From: Octopus vulgaris
Lineage: Eukaryota
Length of the DNA stretch: 64,000 nucleotides
NCBI GenBank assembly: GCA_951406725.2
Contig: OX597815.1
Location: 30,194,001-30,258,000 of the forward strand
Direction of reading: 5' to 3'
Shown: positions 58,661-64,000 of the stretch, one piece after another
How the letters are laid out: each line of letters begins with the position of its first letter
How positions within the stretch are numbered: the stretch's first letter is position 1
The notes under the pieces: generated by a model
Database searches by the model: none
Seen by the model: only the letters and a program-made list of their open reading frames with translations
Told to the model about the DNA's origin: nothing
Made by a program: the position numbers and the translations under genes

Positions 58661-59584
58661 TTCCTTGAGGAAATTCTGTCTGTGGGTGTTTTTGTGGAGT
58701 TGTTAGCTAACACCTCCTATATCGTTTATCGATTTTGATATAAATTGACACGTGTGTAGAGCTCATATCTGGAAACCGCATAGCATACTTAGATTGTTGA
58801 AAAAGGCGATAATAGGGCGCCTGGAAGAGATCCTTATATATATCTAATATATTTCATTCTAATAGCCAAGAGAAATTACCCATTCGCCCAGATTTTAACA
58901 GCCAAGGGAAATAACCCATTCATTTTCCTATATTATTTGGTTAAAATCAAATTGAGTATGTTTATTTCTTAGAATTTGAACTGTTAGAGTTATTTTCGCA
59001 ATTTATACAGTAGAACCCTTGAACAAGTAAATAGTATTTTCCTAAACAATACATCCACTTATTTCGGTTGGTGAGTCATTCACGAATATACCAACATTAG
59101 CACTACTGAGGGTAATATTCTCTAGGAACGCACAAAAGCCCGTTCCAGAGTTATTTACTTTGAATTGTTATTATCTCATATCTGATTAGCCTGTTACTGC
59201 GTGACATACTTCACGATTTAAGTATTTATACATTATTAGTATTTCCTCCTAGGTTCTACTTACTCTGGGAACACATTAAAGCCTTTTTTCGGGGCTACTT
59301 TACTTGAATTCTTACTATTGGGTAACTAATTTCATGTTATTTCATAACTGACTTCACAATTTGTGCATTCATAACTGATTGCCAATTCCTAAAAACAAGA
59401 TGCTATGTAAGACAGTTTGGTATTCTCTGTAAATCCACAAAAACCGTTTAAAGGGATACATAATTTGTATTGTTGTTATTGGATTAGCGAAACAGTTATG
59501 AGAACGGAACGAAAGGTACGTCAGCTAATATATATTATGTGTGTGTGTGCGTATGTGTGTATAGATAGATATGTATATATAAAG

Positions 59585-59926
59585 GGTAAAGACCCCCTTC
59601 GGTCATGAATGACCATGGGATTGCACCTAGAAAGTTACCCTCCTAGACACAAGTCCGGGCAAGGTTGTTTATGGAAGACCAGCAGTCGCCCATGCATACC
59701 GGCCTCCCCTCTCCACGCCACCAGTGTTTTATTCAAGGGAAAGACAAAGGTCGATACAGCTTGGCACCAGTGACGTCGCAACTCATTTCTACAGCTGAGT
59801 GAACAGGAGCAACGTGAAATAAAGTGCCTTGCTCAAGAACACAACACGCAGCCCGGTCCGGGATTCGAGCTCACAACCTCACGATCGTAAGCTCGACGCT
59901 CTAACCACTGAGCCATGCGCCTTCAC
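59585..59926 (-). mobile_element. tRNA-derived SINE family A
   Basis: Near-identical to 3987-4329. Confidence 0.9.
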
Positions 59927-59932
59927 ATGCGC

Positions 59933-60568
<636 letters not shown>

Positions 60569-61012
60569 GGTATATATATATGTATATGTATGGATATAGT
60601 ATATATAGATATATACGCACACATACACATATATGTATATGTTTGTGTGTGTTTGTGTATGTGGGTGCGAGGATCTCCTTTTGTCACATAAATGACGATA
60701 GAGCGGAACATATTCAAAAAAACTAAACTAAAATAACTCTACTGCATGTAGCGAGTTATCCATTGATATTTGGGCAATGTCTTTTTATTCAAATTGTTGA
60801 TTGTCAAAATGACAATTGCGATAAATATTCTTCTTAATCCGTTTCTCCTATAAGCCAAGTGCTGCAATCGTCTGTTATCTATATTCTATTATTCTGCTTA
60901 TACGATTATTCCTGCGCATGTATTAAAGCGTCAACATTTATACATTTCTCTCTTTGTTGTGCATATTTTCGGATTTAGTTTACCTCATTCTCTTTCGTTC
61001 TTCCTCTTTCTC

Positions 61013-61095
<83 letters not shown>

Positions 61096-61615
61096 GTATG
61101 TAGTTAGATAGATATATGTGTGTATCTGTGTGTACACACACGTAAACACGCACACACACACATAAACGCACATACGTAAACACAGACACAAATGCATACA
61201 CACATGCATATATATATATATATTCGGAGGATTATGCAAGTATATATATTTATGTCAAATGTGCCAACGAACATTCAGCTTTGAGTACGTTTATAGAAGA
61301 ATGGAAGACACGCTTATTTAGTAGGTCTTTTCTCCTGAAGTGTTTATTGAATAGAGTCGTGAGACTAGAAAGTAGAAAATAGAAAATAGATATGAAAAGG
61401 CAAGACAAAAAGCATATAATTCGTACAGATTATGTCTTCTCTATTTTGTGGTCATTATATGAATACAATTGCAAGTACCTATCTGCATTTTGTGTCACGC
61501 TCCAAACTATGAAACTACACCGAAAACATAAAATTTACATTATTCTCAAGACAATTGACTGATAGACCATGCAACAATATCGAATTCGGAGACACCAGCC
61601 ATCAGAGATATAAGC

Positions 61616-61656
<41 letters not shown>

Positions 61657-61872
61657 AAGAGAGAAAGATATACAGATATATATATATATATAAATATATA
61701 TACATATATATATGTATATATGTGTGTGTATATATATATGGGTACATACATACACACATATATATGCATACATATACATATATCATGCATAAGACAGTTG
61801 AAGAGATATTTAATATTATGTAAGTGATATATGTGTACACACACCCACACACACATACACACACACACAATA

Positions 61873-62155
61873 TCTCTTATATAACATCCGTTCTGTCTGT
61901 GTCGGTGTGTGGGTGTCTTCTCGGATCTCGGGCATCCTCCATCCGATTGCGCTAAAATTTGATGTGTAGATACCGACGGTATCACAAAAATCGATTCTAG
62001 GTGAGAATGCGATCGATAAAGCCGTTTTTGTCCTGCTTTTCTTCCGTCAGCCTGTACATAACTGCACCTTCCATTTTTTGTTGTTTTTGTACTGCTTAAT
62101 GGCACATTTCTTTCCTGCCAAGCTTACTATTTAAACCATGTTTGCGTTCTCCTAG
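61873..62155 (+). mobile_element. Possible non-autonomous Helitron-type element
   Basis: A|TCtcttatataa start, then tctgtctgtg and ccgattgcgctaaaatttg motifs; CTAG|T at 62152-62155, but no clear hairpin. Confidence 0.45.
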
Positions 62156-62404
62156 TCAACAGCCTTATCATTACTCTTCGGTTGCTTATTTGTGTGAATA
62201 AAATCGTTTTTCTTTGGAATAGAAAAAAAGTCTATTTTTATTTCTTCTTTTGCTGGTGTCTCAAATTTAGGTTAAATCAGTGTTTCTCAAATGGGAGGCC
62301 TATGGAATGGTCGGACAAGTTGTTTTCAGAAAATTTGGCTTAAATGTTTGACAACTCAGCACCGTCCATTGGACAGGGGGCATTTTGCTCGTATATATAT
62401 ATAT

Positions 62405-62460
<56 letters not shown>

Positions 62461-62462
<2 letters not shown>

Positions 62463-62557
62463 GATAATAAAGTAAGAGAACAAAACGAACCAGTGGTTTG
62501 CGCGAGGTTATTCATCGTTTGTATTTGATATATATATTTTATATTTTTTTCGTAACA

Positions 62558-62607
<50 letters not shown>

Positions 62608-62713
62608 AAATATGTTACGAAAAGAAAATATAAAATACACATCTCAAATAGCAAACGATGAATAACCTTCGCGCAAACCACTGGTTCGTTTTGTTCTCTT
62701 ACTTTATTATCAT
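62461..62713. repeat. Long imperfect palindrome (~105-bp arms) centred on (TA)n
   Basis: atgataataaagtaagagaacaaaacgaaccagtggtttgcgcg... mirrored by ...cgcgcaaaccactggttcgttttgttctcttactttattatcat. Confidence 0.9.
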
Positions 62714-62856
62714 CTTATAATCATCACATAATAATAACCTTTATGACTCGTATTACTACCTCAGTCAATCTAAATGTATATATTTGTCACTACCTGTCGT
62801 AAAGAGCCTTTTTCTATTTGCAATATGCATTTTCGTTGATTTTTCATATTTTACCC

Positions 62857-62911
<55 letters not shown>

Positions 62912-63043
62912 ATAAAAATATTAGGGAATAAATCCAAATTTACAGGGAAAAAATCAGATTTAGGATTAAATCCAATTTTATAGTAAAATATTATATAATA
63001 TTAATTCGAGACATAAATTAAAACTGATTAGAAGATCGGAAAT

Positions 63044-63087
63044 CCACCTGACGAATGTCATTTGAAGACATGAAACGAATGTAGTGG
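63044..63087 (+). ncRNA. Minimal type I hammerhead ribozyme, fully canonical core
   Basis: ccac-CTGACGA-atgtc atttgaa gacat-GAAA-c gaat g-TA-gtgg; GUA cleavage site after 63083. Confidence 0.85.
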
Positions 63088-63172
63088 CGGTTTATTTATT
63101 TTATATTAAAATTTTTATGTATTGACTAAGTCTTTCCTTGTTTGTTTTGCAAAATAGTGGTTTTGTCTCGAA

Positions 63173-63227
<55 letters not shown>

Positions 63228-64000
63228 CTAACACGAATTAATCGAAGTAGCAAGTGGCATGTATTTGAATAACATAGACAAATACCATACAGCAAATACC
63301 ATACAGCAAAAGTTCCTGATTTATTAGCATTATCTCTTGAGAAGGGGAGATAATCTCATGAAAATTACCTAGGCCATTACTCTTTCCTACACTGTTTTGT
63401 AGTTGCTGGAGATGTAGGACAATTGTCATGCTGATCAAGGTTAAACACTTGTCCACAACTGTCCTCTTATCTCCAAACTATAAGCCTCTCCTTTTTTATA
63501 ATGACTCGTCAGTTTCCGAGAAATTATTGAATCTCGAGATTAGCACCCCTTCTCAAATAGATCTGGTTTCAACTGTCATTTGGTAATTATGACACATCCT
63601 CTGGAGATGGAGATAATTTCATGAAATCAAAATTTTTTATTGTGAGGTATTTGAGACACACGGATTTCTCTCTCTCTCTCTCTCTCTCTCTCCCACGCTC
63701 TCTCTCTCTCTCTCGCGCTCTCTCACTCACGCTCTCTCACTCACTCTCTCTCTCCTTACACGCATTCACATATGTATACATACACACACGTGTGCAAGCA
63801 CACAGACAGACACACACACGCACATTTATATATATACATGCAACATATTCGTGTATTCATCTTTTCACCAGTTATTGGATTGCAGCTTTGCAGATTCACT
63901 ATTTTTATGGGTTCAGTCGTGTATATAGACCCCACAAATTATTTTAAACCTAAGTTCTTATTTTATCAATATATTTATGTATATTTGTATGTATGTATCA

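Noticed and set aside
62278-62390. hAT-like terminus cagtgtttctcaaa
   Set aside because: No matching second TIR or TSD found.

Overview
Very AT-rich, microsatellite-dense animal genomic DNA. No intact host protein-coding gene can be supported; nearly every long ORF in the track is translated simple repeat or decayed transposon. The repeat repertoire resembles an Octopus/cephalopod genome (inference): four families of tRNA-headed SINEs, RTE and Dong/R4 LINE remnants, Penelope-like RT remnants, Tc1/mariner and Chapaev-like transposase remnants, MITEs and Helitron-type elements. The most striking signal is about ten type I hammerhead-ribozyme-like motifs (CUGANGA / stem II / GAAA / short, often palindromic stem III / NUH). 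They lie in short non-coding units of about 190-480 bp, mostly inserted in (TA)n tracts, in tandem, terminally redundant or inverted arrangements, and two abut Penelope-like RT remnants. This suggests a family of Penelope pseudo-LTR / non-LTR-retrozyme-like RNA elements, including variants with non-canonical cores and covarying stems. Also notable are a ~550-bp non-coding element that sits in (AAT)n like Dong LINEs, a perfect 116-bp inverted templated copy 2.4 kb from its source, and head/body/tail shuffling among SINEs. All family assignments and folds are by eye, with no database search or folding software.
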